Translations under genes and position numbers: made by a program
Notes under the pieces: model-generated
Database searches by the model: none
Seen by the model: only the letters and a program-made list of their open reading frames with translations
What the model was told of the DNA's origin: nothing
Shown here: positions 9,227 through 20,179 of the stretch, one piece after another
Layout of the letters: each line of letters starts with the position of its first letter
Position numbering within the stretch: the first letter of the stretch is position 1
Source: Neophaeotheca triangularis
Lineage: Eukaryota
Assembly: GCA_054600435.1 (NCBI GenBank)
Contig: BAAIJX010000014.1
Coordinates: 434,001 to 482,838 of the forward strand
Reading direction: 5' to 3'
DNA: 48,838 bases

Positions 9227-11260
9227 TCAATCGGTCAACAGCCTCTGCAGGAGGCTTTCTATCTTCTGTTCATCATCCGCATCATCTTCTCCAAGATTCT
9301 GTCGATGCAAGCGCATCTCGTTGTAGACTTCAACCATCCTCTGCCGCCCCACACACTGGTGGTAGGCTCGAAGCACCTCCCTCGCAAGTGAAAAGTTTAG
9401 GATTGGAGGATGTTCGTCGACGATGAGGCTTTGAGGGTTTTCTGCGTCTTCTCCGATATCTTGAGAGACGGTGCTTGTGCGGTCTGGCTCCGATGCCTCT
9501 TCACCAGAGGGGAAGTCGCTGAAAGAGAGATTCCATGCTTCGTCAAGAGTCGCCAAGTGGTCTTCGCCGATCCCAAGATGCTGCTTTCTTCGTAAGTCGG
9601 AGGCCGAGACACCTGTGGCCGCCTCAAGACATTGCTCGTAGACCTGCTCGAGCTTCGCCGGAGTCCAGAGACTGAAGGCATAACCACCATTCGCCTTGAA
9701 ACCAGCAAACATATGCACGAATAGATGGCCATGCATCTGGAGCTTCCTTTGCCTCAGCTCTTCAATCAGCTCGAAGATCTTATCCAAGTCACCGGTGACG
9801 CGGCAATGGTGTCGAATCAGGATCCCATACGTCCTCGAGTTCGGCGCAATGGGGCTCTCTCGCTGGACTTCTTCCCTTCGATCGTCGGCGGAGAAGGGTG
9901 ACCCAAAAAAGCTGGTTTGGTGCGCCTCTTTCTCTCTGCGTAATCTCTGCCCCGTCTCGTTGAGCAATATACCCAGCTCCTTCTGGCCCCTCCAGTCATC
10001 CGGCCCGATAGTACCAAACTTGCTGTCATGCAAGTTCTTCATCTTAAGAAAGACGTGCTCAGCAGCGGGAGCTTCCCCAGCACGGATGAGCGACGCAATC
10101 ACGCAGTTCATGACCGCAGTGTCCACGATCTCATGCGCTGCCACTAAATCGCGAAAGGCTTGCCTGACCGCATTGCCATCGCCCCGTATACCAGCATAGT
10201 ATATCATGCTGACGCGAAAGTAGCGATTCAGCATCATATCCCGCGCCTTGAGCTCGTTGTGTATGGTATCCGCCAGCGCAAAACGGCCAGCTTTGACCGC
10301 CAAATCGAAGAGAATGTTGAACGTGACCTCTGTAGCCTTCACGCCCACCTTCTCCATCCGCGTCCAAGTCTCAATGGCACTTTTGACGTTATCGCTGTCG
10401 AGGAAGCGTGACCAACGGCCTGCGTAGGCGATGGCAGTGTTCCAAACCCCGTCGTCCAACGGAACGCCTTCGTGGTGGCATTCGTCAAGTAACGAAAAGT
10501 AACGTTGTGTGGCATCTTCGCTGTCTTTGTATTCTATCCAGGCCAAGTGCCGGAAGAACTTTCGTATGTATTTCCATCTTATGTATAGCGGCCGCGGGCC
10601 GGGTAAGGAGTCGTAGACCTCCCACAGCTGCGAGTGCGGCACCGTTCCCGGCCTTTTGGTCAGAAGGCGATTGAATCGATTCAGTTGATTGCGGTGCTCT
10701 GCGTCGAGAGGAGGCTCGACGTCTCTCTCACGTCTGTCATGTGAGGGGTCTTCATTCGGTGGAACGACGAGTCGAGGAGCCAATCGAAAGTGTTCTGGCC
10801 CCTTCCTCTTACTCGCTCCTTGGTCCTCATCTGAATGATACACATCAACCAGATCGTTGTATTCTTCTTCGCTGATTTCTGCGAGGTTCGGCACTGCTAG
10901 AGCCTCTGCTTTTGGTTCGCTTGGCTTGGTAGAAAACGTCCTTCTGGAAATTGCTGCCGCCGTTCGGTGGCATTGACGCGGTTGAGGGCTAGGCGGAGGA
11001 ACTTGCTCTTTGCGAGGGATGGTATGATAATGGCAAGCGCTCGCGGCTACCAGCGAGCGGACGAAGATATCTTCCAGAGTCCGCAGCCCCGATGAGCGAC
11101 TCTGCAATTGCTTACGGCGCCACTCATCGCCTGCCCAGCGAGGTCGTTCGAAATGTGTTTGTGGTGGGAGGACATCGTAGCATGCCATTGCAGCTCTCAA
11201 ATGTCTCTTCGAGGGAGCCGATTGGGAGACTGGCCGTCGAAGGGAGCCGAAGGGGGACAT
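9227..11260 (-). CDS. Pentatricopeptide-repeat (PPR) protein, probably mitochondrial; start codon uncertain
   Basis: 677-aa ORF with PPR-like units (VWNTAIAYAG, TEVTFNILFDLAVKAGRFALADTIHNEL, AVMNCVIASLIRAGEAPAAEHVFLKM, PNSRTYGILIRHHC) and an Arg/Ser-rich N-terminus. Confidence 0.85.
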   Translation of the reverse strand: MSPFGSLRRPVSQSAPSKRHLRAAMACYDVLPPQTHFERPRWAGDEWRRKQLQSRSSGLRTLEDIFVRSLVAASACHYHTIPRKEQVPPPSPQPRQCHRTAAAISRRTFSTKPSEPKAEALAVPNLAEISEEEYNDLVDVYHSDEDQGASKRKGPEHFRLAPRLVVPPNEDPSHDRRERDVEPPLDAEHRNQLNRFNRLLTKRPGTVPHSQLWEVYDSLPGPRPLYIRWKYIRKFFRHLAWIEYKDSEDATQRYFSLLDECHHEGVPLDDGVWNTAIAYAGRWSRFLDSDNVKSAIETWTRMEKVGVKATEVTFNILFDLAVKAGRFALADTIHNELKARDMMLNRYFRVSMIYYAGIRGDGNAVRQAFRDLVAAHEIVDTAVMNCVIASLIRAGEAPAAEHVFLKMKNLHDSKFGTIGPDDWRGQKELGILLNETGQRLRREKEAHQTSFFGSPFSADDRREEVQRESPIAPNSRTYGILIRHHCRVTGDLDKIFELIEELRQRKLQMHGHLFVHMFAGFKANGGYAFSLWTPAKLEQVYEQCLEAATGVSASDLRRKQHLGIGEDHLATLDEAWNLSFSDFPSGEEASEPDRTSTVSQDIGEDAENPQSLIVDEHPPILNFSLAREVLRAYHQCVGRQRMVEVYNEMRLHRQNLGEDDADDEQKIESLLQRLLTD

Positions 11261-11589
11261 GAAGTGTCGCGCATGATGTTGGGCGCGCCATCAAGTCCAG
11301 ATGAACATCACAGGAGCTCTCGATCAAGTCGTTGTACGTAAGTTAAGGTAGCGTCCGAAGATGGCCAATGTCGACTTTCTGTTTAGTTCCCGATTCCATC
11401 TCGAAGATTGATGGGCGCCAAGACTTGCAGCTAACCTTTCCCGAATCTGCGGCGCTGTTCAGACATCCCCGATACATTCGTCACAGGCCATATCTTGTCC
11501 AGTACATTCAACGACGCTAGTGAAGGAGATATTAGCAGCAGTCGCTCGAGCATCTGCGAGTGCGGTCTTCTTCTTCCTCTCCGGCCACA

Positions 11590-12534
11590 ATGGGCCGCTA
11601 CAACTTCGCACCTCAGCGGGTCCACCGACAAGTGACTCAACTCCTCGAGACAAAAGGGAGAACCGACCGACCTACCTGGTACCAGATCATAAGCAACACC
11701 CCCCCAAGCGAACGCCTCGTGCGCCCACCGTTGCAAAGACCTCAAAAACCGCAACACAAAGGCGGCCGGAAATCATCCAAGCTCTTCGAACCCTTGCAAC
11801 TGCGATACGAGGAGGACAAACTGCGATGGGAGTACTACAATGACCACCCGTGGGAGCTGGCGCGGCCGAGAGTGGTGCTAGAAGAGGATGGGAGGGATAG
11901 GGAGAAGTGGGATTGGAGTTTGAGTTTATGTAAGCCGGAGGAGATCAGCCTAGAGGAGAGGAGGAGACTGGGGGACAGCCCTGCGGACCTGTGGAAGAGA
12001 CGCATGCAGCAGGGGCAGAGTGCTAGGCCCTTGAATGGTGAAGCGTGAGTTCTGAAAGACGAGAGAGGGTTGCATGCTGGTTGCACAAGGGCTAACGAGA
12101 TGGACAGTGTCGTCCAACGCCAGCGCTGGCTTATTCACAACTCCGACATGTCAATCGCATCCGCTTACGACAAAGCGCGCAAGGAACTTTACCGGGCCCG
12201 GCATGCGCGGGAGGTTGAGCAGCGCGTCGCGCGCGAAGAGGCAATGTACTTTGGTGCTGAGTTTGGGCCTGGCCCAGTGGAGATTGGCATGCAACTCGAG
12301 AATGAGCAGTATGAGAAATGGCGCGTATGGGCCGAGCAGGAGGTTGCCGCGATCAAGCAACTACAAGGAAGTGCGTACACGGGCACGGAGAATGAGACGG
12401 CAGCACTGGAATTGGAGGATGGCAATGAAGCCACAGAGACCGAGACTATGGCCGGCATTGAAGAGGTCAGCGACCAGGTGCCTGCGAGCAAACGGGGGCA
12501 GACGGCACAGGGAGGTGCAGCGCTCCATCCTTGA
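11590..12534 (+). CDS. RSM25: Mitochondrial 37S ribosomal protein S25 (mS23); exons 11590-12044, 12108-12534
   Basis: Motifs P-TWY, LRYEEDKLRWEYYNDHPWELARPRVVLE, LNGEAVVQRQRWL, AYDKARKELY, VAREEAMYFGAEFG; intron 12045-12107 (GTGAGT..GCTAAC..CAG). Confidence 0.93.
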
Positions 12535-13305
12535 ACGCAAGTTGTATGCTAGTTGGTTGGGAGAATGTGTATATCATAGCGAATTTCTACAAGACAGCTA
12601 CAGACCGCTTTTCATCCAGAGAACCCGACAACAGCGTGCTTGACATGGAAGTCGGCTTGTCTCGCTCCCCAATTCAACAGATCAACTAAAAGGCAGCGCT
12701 ATCCACCGAGTCACCCCAGTATCAAAAGTTCCATACCTCAAGATCCAAAGTCAAAACTAAAACCAAAAACTAAGAAATGTATGCCACAAGCGAACCCGTC
12801 ACGCGACCAAGCGCATACGTGCCGGAATTATTGAAAGGCTTTACCAACGTCTTCTATAGGCCTCGCGGGAATGTGTGCATATCAAAGGTGTTTGTATGAT
12901 AGTACAAGGGTATATGGAGGCCTGGTATCATGGGGAAAGAAAAGAAAAGATGAGTCGTGAGATGAAATGTAGGAGTTTTGTAGAGGGCTCGGTGGTCGGC
13001 GCTTGGCGGGTGGAGTGCAAGAGGTGGATGGTGATTGGTGCGTGTGTCATTGGCGCTAGGTGCGGGATGGGTGGTCCCCTGGCGTGTCGCAGGCGGCACG
13101 CAGGTGGTCGAGGATACATTAGCCTTAAGAGGTGGCTCTCGTTCGGTTCGCTCACTGGAGAGTGAGTTCGCTGGGAAACAGGCTTAGTGAGCCCGGACTT
13201 GCTCGAAGCATGGATGGTAACAGAAGGAAAACAGGGGCATGGGTGAAAGTTACAAGCATTTCTGATACGGGTGGGTATACATGCAGACCTCGCTCAACGC
13301 TATCT

Positions 13306-15426
13306 CTACTGTCTCCGCCTCGATTCCATCTCCGGAGCACGACCTACAGCATCTTTGGCCGTCTTGATCTCGCCAGAACTAATGCCGATACTGCTGGCAT
13401 ACTCACCAAAAGCCAGGAGTACCTCCTCCAGTCCCCCCTTAAGTACGCCCAGCAGCTCATTGACATCCTCGACCTCCTGCCTCTTCTGTTCAGTGAACTC
13501 TACGTCCGTCCAACTAGGCCTCCAGCTCGCGACGAAACCCTCGACTTCCTTGATCGTTGCAGTGAGGGATCGAATGATACTTGCGACTGACGAAGCGACC
13601 TGGCCGTAGTCGTCCTCCTTAATTGACCATGTGGTGAGCTTTGTGAGCGCTTGCACGGCGTGAATGATGTTGGCTTTGCTGCTATGCGGCACCCCGAAGA
13701 CAACAGCGCAGACATTCCTGGCGAATTCCTGGCGGAACAGCTGTCCCAGCACTGGCACTTTCAAGAAGCGCTCGAGTAAGGTATTCGCAGTGCTGCTAGC
13801 TTCTTCGTAGTAGCCCTGGCCGTGCTTCTCTACATAATTGCGGACGTGTTTCGTCGGGGTCTGCGACTGAGGTTGCTGGCCGAAGCTTTTCGCAACGTCG
13901 CCGGCGCGTCTGGAAAATCCGGAACTTGTTGCGGCTGGTTGCTGTACGTTTTGATCGTTAACTACACCCTGGCTTGCGATCCTCGGTAAGCCGAGCTCTT
14001 GCGACTTCTGTGAGACGATCAGGCCCTTTTGTTGCTCCTGTTGCTTTGCGAGTTGCTCGGCCATGGCGGCGTTGTTTGCTGGGCTGTTCACAGCTTGTAT
14101 GCGCGTGCGAATAGCCTCGATCTCGGAGAGACAAACCGAAGATATCTGACTCCATGTGCTGCCGTTCGCACGATCGATTTCGGCAAAGATGGTTCTGCGG
14201 CGCACAGGGAAGGCTTTAATGATAGTCGCGAGTTCCCAGAAAGCGAACGATTGAGGGAGCTCCTTTTTGCTGCGCAGACCGTTGAGCAGAGTGGCATTAG
14301 GATCTGTTGACCTGGAAACCACGCTGCCGCTTGAATTGGTTATTTGAGAAGTCAGAGGCTGGTCTTTCTTGAGTGGAGGTTTGTTGAGGAAGATCGTGAA
14401 CGTGGCATTGCCAAGCTCCCACAAAACTGCCAGCATGATGGAGGACGTGAACATCTGCCATATTAACCATCCAGGGTGAACAACGCCTGGGGGAGGAGCG
14501 TTCTTCGGTAGATCTTTGAAAAAGATGCGCCCGACAGTGGACGCCCAGCCCCACGCAGTGCGTCGCAGGAACAGCCAGTATACGGCTGGCATAAAGAATA
14601 TCGTCACCGCAGTGCTTGGAAGTACCCAGAGCCCAATCTCCCAGCGTTTCTGCGACAACTCAACAACGCAATCAGGTACCCAGGCAGGCATTCGTTCTCG
14701 AAGTATAGGGCGCGAACGTTGCTGAGTCATTTGGTCCTCCTTGTATGGAATTGAAACCAAGTCGTACTCCTTTGCCAGATGCCTAGTTGCCTGTACAACC
14801 GCCAACACCACGAACAAAGCTCTTAGCACAACCGGGTTTTCGTTCAATCGCGGTTTTATGTTCCAGCCACCACGATCGACCATAGCCAGACTGCTTGTAT
14901 CCGCACTGCTCCATATGTAGATCTCCCCAAAAAACCACGCGGAAAAGAGGTACCAGGCGTAGGTCAGATAGGTGTTGAGGTTCGTCGCAAGTTGGTAGAG
15001 CGTCTCTACTTGAGAAGTGGTATTTCTGGCGCCGAAGCGGAGGTTCGCTACCCTGACGATGAAGACGCTTAGACATGAGAGGTAAAGGAGCAAGCATCGA
15101 GCCACAGTCCCAGGGAAAGGAATCCAAGATGTGAACCCTTTACAGAGCAAGTCAGCATACAACCATTCGTTGCCTGTTTTGAAGAATAATTGCGTACATC
15201 CTCTGTCTGCGAGAAAGCCAGCCTCGAGCCAGCAGAAGGCGAGTATGAGCGCAGTAGTTCTGGTGAAACGTCGGTGCAGCGAAGGCGTGAGGAAGTCCTT
15301 GTACGCTCGGGGCGAAACTGAAGCTGTTGCCGAAGCGACTGGTGGTGCTGTTGAGGGAGCATGGCTGGCGGGCCCTTTGTTATAGAAGAGATCGCGTGGA
15401 GGGTAAGTGGATGTTTGCGTTGCCAT
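13306..15426 (-). CDS. NDC1: Transmembrane nucleoporin Ndc1; probable 60-nt intron 15197-15138
   Basis: YKDFLTPSLHRRF, about six TM helices, RLNENP, PLTS...DPNATLLNGL, FAFWELATI, RRRTIFAEID, W-QI---CL, WSIKEDDYGQV. Confidence 0.93.
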   Translation of the reverse strand: MATQTSTYPPRDLFYNKGPASHAPSTAPPVASATASVSPRAYKDFLTPSLHRRFTRTTALILAFCWLEAGFLADRGCTQLFFKTGNEWLYADLLCKGFTSWIPFPGTVARCLLLYLSCLSVFIVRVANLRFGARNTTSQVETLYQLATNLNTYLTYAWYLFSAWFFGEIYIWSSADTSSLAMVDRGGWNIKPRLNENPVVLRALFVVLAVVQATRHLAKEYDLVSIPYKEDQMTQQRSRPILRERMPAWVPDCVVELSQKRWEIGLWVLPSTAVTIFFMPAVYWLFLRRTAWGWASTVGRIFFKDLPKNAPPPGVVHPGWLIWQMFTSSIMLAVLWELGNATFTIFLNKPPLKKDQPLTSQITNSSGSVVSRSTDPNATLLNGLRSKKELPQSFAFWELATIIKAFPVRRRTIFAEIDRANGSTWSQISSVCLSEIEAIRTRIQAVNSPANNAAMAEQLAKQQEQQKGLIVSQKSQELGLPRIASQGVVNDQNVQQPAATSSGFSRRAGDVAKSFGQQPQSQTPTKHVRNYVEKHGQGYYEEASSTANTLLERFLKVPVLGQLFRQEFARNVCAVVFGVPHSSKANIIHAVQALTKLTTWSIKEDDYGQVASSVASIIRSLTATIKEVEGFVASWRPSWTDVEFTEQKRQEVEDVNELLGVLKGGLEEVLLAFGEYASSIGISSGEIKTAKDAVGRAPEMESRRRQ

Positions 15427-15897
15427 GCTGGCGCGCGACCTGGCTGGAGGTGTTTCTCGGAGTGCACTGAACTATTGCAGCATGTCGAGGCGGGCCGCAC
15501 GCGAAGAGTCGATAGTTAGGACAAGCGAGAACAAGAGCTGCGGACGAGGCGTTGCGAAGGGTGAAGGTGTTTCCACTGGAACAGGTTCCGCTACCTGTGC
15601 AGAAAGTCGAAGCTGAACTTTGAAGCTCTCCCAATTGTAAACAGTCTTGGCACCACTCGGGAAGCGTCATCCGGCGCATGCGCAGCGTTGCGGCATTGTC
15701 TAGGGCAAGGTACCTTGGCCGTCTGCCTAAGGTCGGGTATCTATATAGACGGACAGGCGACACTGTGACTGCACTCTCCTTCTGCTACTGTCATCTACCG
15801 ACCTTTTGGAGACTGCTGATACCGAAACAAAAGACCTTTCATCAACCACACGAACTGCGGTAACAAACGCTCCGCAAGCAACACTGCTCCCGCGATC

Positions 15898-16719
15898 ATG
15901 TCGTTCCAAGACAACCCCAACCTGGAATCGCAGCCTACGAACTGGCGACGTGATGACGACCCAGAATACGCCGATGACCCAGAGTTCAACCGCTACACCA
16001 CCGACCTCAGCGATAAGCTATTCTCCCTCACATCCAACATTGGTCGTCTTTCGTCCCAAGTAGCGTTGCTAGGAACCAGGCGTGAGACCGACCGCGTTCG
16101 AGAGCGAGTACAAGACCTCCTGTCAGAGACTGGTGATAGCTTCAAGGATATCGGCGAGGGTCTGCGGAAAGTTCAGAACTGGCATGATCTTGGCCCCAGC
16201 CAAAAGTACACCCAAGGGAAGCTCAACCAGGAGTTCAAGGCATCCTTGACCGAGTTCCAAAGCCTGCAACGGCAAGCGCTCGACAAGCAGAGGGCGTCCG
16301 CTACCGCGGCTCGGACAGCTCTCGAACAAGAAGGCCCTCAGTCACCATCAGCTACGACAGATCAGGGTCAGCAGGCTCAGCTGCAACAGCAGCAGCCCCA
16401 GCTTGCGAACCAGGATGAGGTGGACTTCCAAGAGTCGCTGATCGTTGAGCGCGAGTCTGAGATCAGGAACATTGAGCAGAGTGTAGGCGAACTCAACGAG
16501 CTGTTCAGGGACGTTGCGCACATGGTGTCCGAGCAGGGACAGAGCTTGGATATCATCTCGGAAAATGTCACACAAACGAGGGACGATACGAGGAACGCCG
16601 ATCAGCAACTCAGGACCGCCAGCAGGCATCAAAAGAGCGCAAGAGGAAAGGCGTGCTGTCTGCTCATCATTCTGATTGTGGTGCTCACGGTCATCATCTT
16701 GGCAGTGGTATTGGGATAA
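15898..16719 (+). CDS. PEP12: Endosomal/vacuolar syntaxin (Qa t-SNARE, Pep12/Vam3 family)
   Basis: Habc region (LGTRRETDRVRERV), SNARE motif EREsEIRNIEQSVGELNELFRDVAHMVSEQGQSLDIISENV, CC followed by a C-terminal TM anchor. Confidence 0.9.
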   Translation: MSFQDNPNLESQPTNWRRDDDPEYADDPEFNRYTTDLSDKLFSLTSNIGRLSSQVALLGTRRETDRVRERVQDLLSETGDSFKDIGEGLRKVQNWHDLGPSQKYTQGKLNQEFKASLTEFQSLQRQALDKQRASATAARTALEQEGPQSPSATTDQGQQAQLQQQQPQLANQDEVDFQESLIVERESEIRNIEQSVGELNELFRDVAHMVSEQGQSLDIISENVTQTRDDTRNADQQLRTASRHQKSARGKACCLLIILIVVLTVIILAVVLG

Positions 16720-17458
16720 GGTATTTGTGGATTTAGACGGTGCACAAGGAGTTCAGGACCAAGGATGTAGATTTGCGTGTAACGGAGCATTCCAAGAGCC
16801 TGAATCGTGTCTGTCACTGGCTCACGATTTATCGAAAAACATCCCCAATCATCACGCTGCACCGTATGCACATTCGCATGAGCATCAAAGTTACGACATT
16901 TCTTCGCAGGTAGGAGCCAGTGAGCGGATGAGTCCTCTTGCCACGGAAGAACGCGGAAACGTCAGGACTGGGAGAGCACAACACGTTCAATTCAAAGTAA
17001 GAGTCGAACAATGGTCCTTGTGACTGCGAAAGGCTGCTTCGAAAACACATTACAGTTCCTATGAGCCAAAAACATGCAAACAAGGTTTGTTATCCTTGTT
17101 GTGAAGCTCGGTGAGGCCTCAAAACTGCATCATTGGAAGCTCAGTACGTCGCCGCTACTTCCATCTCTCAAAATTGCTCTTTCTCTAGCCGGTCTCTACC
17201 TTCCAGACGGATTTCGCCAACAGAGCTTCTGATGGCAGGAAGAGGACAGCATCCAAACAGTATCAAAACTGCCTGCATTTCTTCTTCGACCTCTCTTCCT
17301 CCTCCTCTTCTCTCCAACACCAGCAACACTTTGCATCCCACCGCAGCATTTCATCTCTGGCCTCACACTCATCGTCCACTCAGTCACATTCACTCGCCTC
17401 AACATCCTTACAGCGCCATCAGCTTGTCAGCTCCCTCGACTTGCTCACTGTTGACATC

Positions 17459-17511
17459 GTAAGTGTGACTTGCATAACAGCCTTGAGTAATTCTCTGACA
17501 AAGTCCATCAG
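17459..17511 (+). other. Probable 5'-UTR intron of the gene at 17571
   Basis: GTAAGT...TCTGAC...CAG, 53 nt, ending 60 nt before the ATG. Confidence 0.65.
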
Positions 17512-17570
17512 ACACTTCCCACCTGGCCTACCTCGACCTCTCTTCCACTTACCCACCGAGCCACAACAAG

Positions 17571-18611
17571 ATGTCTCAACCAGCCAACACCACCGTCGTT
17601 AAAGAGCAGAACGCTGCACCGGCACCCGCAACGGCCAACACGACCGTCGTCAAGGAAGGAGGTGCCGCCAACGGGGGTGCCGCCAATGCCAGTGCTAGTG
17701 ACCAAGCCGGTGGCAACACAACCGTCGTCAAGGAAGGCGGTGCCGCCAACCAAGCCGGAGCCGGAGCCGCACCAGCTGGAGCCACCGGCGCCACTGGAGG
17801 TACCACAACCGCGGCAGGTCAGCCAGGAACCACTGTCGTCCAAAATGAAAAGCACGCTGCCAGCGGAGCGAGCCCGCCCACTGGCCGCAAGAAGTTCCTC
17901 CTCTTTGGTCCTCGCAGGACTGCTCGCAACGACCTGGAGCAGAACCGAGACACCAACCCCAAGCTGGTCCGCAACATGACCCGTGGTCGTCTCTGTCGAC
18001 TCATCACTGGGACTCTTCTGGGTGCCTTCTTGCTCTCGCTCCTCTGGGGGCTCATCATGACAGCGTTGGGCGTGGGCTTCCTTGGTGCTGCCAAAGCCAT
18101 GGATGAGATTCTGGGAAGGATGACGGACCTCCGTATGTCTCGAGCGCAACTTGATCAGGCCGGCACCGGCTTCACATGGGACTCTTACGTCGAGACTTGG
18201 TGCAACGAAACCTCGAAAGAGGTTTCGGTCATCGACCAACGCGAATGTTACTGCAACTTCTACGCCGGCGTTTGCGACAGCGTGGACTACCCGATTGTGC
18301 CCCAGGACGTCGGCGCCTGCGAATGGCTCGAGGAGTTCGACTTGAGCCAGTGTCCCGTCCGTGAAGTGCCTTTGCTCGAAGTGCCCCCACTCGAAGTGAC
18401 GACCAATTCCAGCATCGCGGCCAGCACCACGACTCCCTTCTTCACTACCTTCACGACAACCAACTACGCGGCCACGGTGACTGTGCCGTCAACGACCCGC
18501 GTTTTCACAACCCTAATGTCCATGTCTGTTACCACCAGCACCGCATGGTTCGACCTTCCTACCGTCACCAGCTACGCTACGCCCACTGTCACGCCGGAGC
18601 TGATGATGTGA
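17571..18611 (+). CDS. Hypothetical membrane protein: N-terminal NTTVVKE repeats, TM segment, 6-Cys module, Thr/Ser-rich tail
   Basis: 346-aa ORF with C-ending codon bias, good ATG context (ACAAGATG) and a hydrophobic stretch LITGTLLGAFLLSLLWGLIMTALGVGFLGAA. Confidence 0.75.
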   Translation: MSQPANTTVVKEQNAAPAPATANTTVVKEGGAANGGAANASASDQAGGNTTVVKEGGAANQAGAGAAPAGATGATGGTTTAAGQPGTTVVQNEKHAASGASPPTGRKKFLLFGPRRTARNDLEQNRDTNPKLVRNMTRGRLCRLITGTLLGAFLLSLLWGLIMTALGVGFLGAAKAMDEILGRMTDLRMSRAQLDQAGTGFTWDSYVETWCNETSKEVSVIDQRECYCNFYAGVCDSVDYPIVPQDVGACEWLEEFDLSQCPVREVPLLEVPPLEVTTNSSIAASTTTPFFTTFTTTNYAATVTVPSTTRVFTTLMSMSVTTSTAWFDLPTVTSYATPTVTPELMM

Positions 18612-19189
18612 TGCTATGGGGATGATGATGGACGATGGAACGACCCTGATGATGATGCTAGCGCTGCTTTCCTTACTTGCTTGTTGTTTTCATTTTTAGA
18701 CCTGTACCTCCTGTAATGTAGATAATCCTAATTGAAACCCTTCCGATGCACTCTGCTGCCTTCCATTGGTCTCTGCTCGCCGCTCTACCACGCTTCGTCC
18801 TTGTCGTCTTACTTCTCCTTGGCGGTAGCCCGGCCGCAGTTAGTTGTCCACGTTCAGGTCCTGGCGAAGTGAGATGAACTCTCGGAAGACGGGACATGAT
18901 GGCAAACAGTGCACCCAATACTTACGTCCAGAGTCAAACCCACATAACAACTGTTTACAAATGAATGACGGAGAAGCCGATGTTTTTTCGCAATTCGATC
19001 TCTTCAGGCAAGATATTCGGCGGCCTCTGAAGCGTACGGTACTCGCCTCTTCACGTGCTGCCCACGAGATCCCGAAGTCGGCTCTCAACCGCTTCCAAAG
19101 TCTAGACCTCCAAGCATTTACACATTTAGGCGGTCCAAAAAGGCAATTCAAAGAAACACAACAACACTCCCAAAACAACCAAGCCCACC

Positions 19190-20179
19190 ATGTCGCTGAA
19201 CACCACGAAAGCAGACAGCCCACCAGCCGAGGAGCGGCGAGAAGGAGAAGACCTCTTCGGTTTCGAAATCAGCGAGGAGCTCGTGCGCTCGCCCAGTCAC
19301 GAAAGGGCAACAACGGTTTCCGTGGATTTCGAAGGGCTACTGCAAAGCCCCCTCAGGGTCTCCGTGGACCTAAGTGGAGGCTGCGGTGGGCGGATTTGGG
19401 AAGCTGGTAATGTCTTGGCGAGGTATCTGATACGTACCAAGCGGGATGAGCTGGGACGAAGTACCTCGATGTTCGTACCCTCTGATGGGTGAAGTATCTA
19501 GTAGTGTGGGGAGGTATCGCGACTATTACTGCTACTGAAGCTGACCATGATCCACGCAGACTCGAGCTCGGCGCTGGTGGCGGTCTGGTAGGGTGAGCAT
19601 GACACACTCCTGTCCCGGTACTGCGAGCTGTAAACCATGCCCTTTGATCGATCCTAACACCTCCCGTGACTTGCTTCCAGACTTGCCGTAGCAGCTGGCT
19701 GTCTCCCGAAAGACAGCATCGTCCACATCACAGACCAGCTGCCAATGCTCTCGCTCATGCGCGCGAACATTGCCTTGAACGGCTTGCAGGAGCGCGTCGA
19801 GGCTTCCATCTACGATTGGGGTGAGCCCCAGCCTACTGGACTGCCTGCGCACCCTCAGACGATTCTCGCGGCGGACTGCGTTTACTTTGAGCCCGCGTTC
19901 CCGCTGCTGCTGAAGACGTTGCATGATTTGATAGGACCCGGGACTACGTGCTACTTTTGCTTCAAGAGGAGGAGAAGGGCGGACTTGCACTTTATCAAGG
20001 CGCTGAAGAGGCAGTTTGAGGTGGTCGCCGCGGAGGACGACCCCGATCAGCCGGTGTATGCTCGTCAGAATATCTTTGTGTAGGTCCAGATAGGTGTGCT
20101 TTGAGCGCATGCGGTCGTATGCTGACAGCTTCCCAGCTACACCATCAGGCAGAAGACGACTCCGCCTTTGAAGATCTGA
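19190..20179 (+). CDS. EFM6: Protein-lysine N-methyltransferase, METTL21/Efm6 type (Methyltransf_16); exons 19190-19470, 19560-19592, 19681-20079, 20137-20179
   Basis: GCGGRIWEAGNVLARYL, ILELGAGGGLVGLAVA (SAM motif I, assembled across introns), ITDQ, YDWG, ILAADCVYFEPAFPLL, FKRRRRAD; three canonical introns with branch points. Confidence 0.9.
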
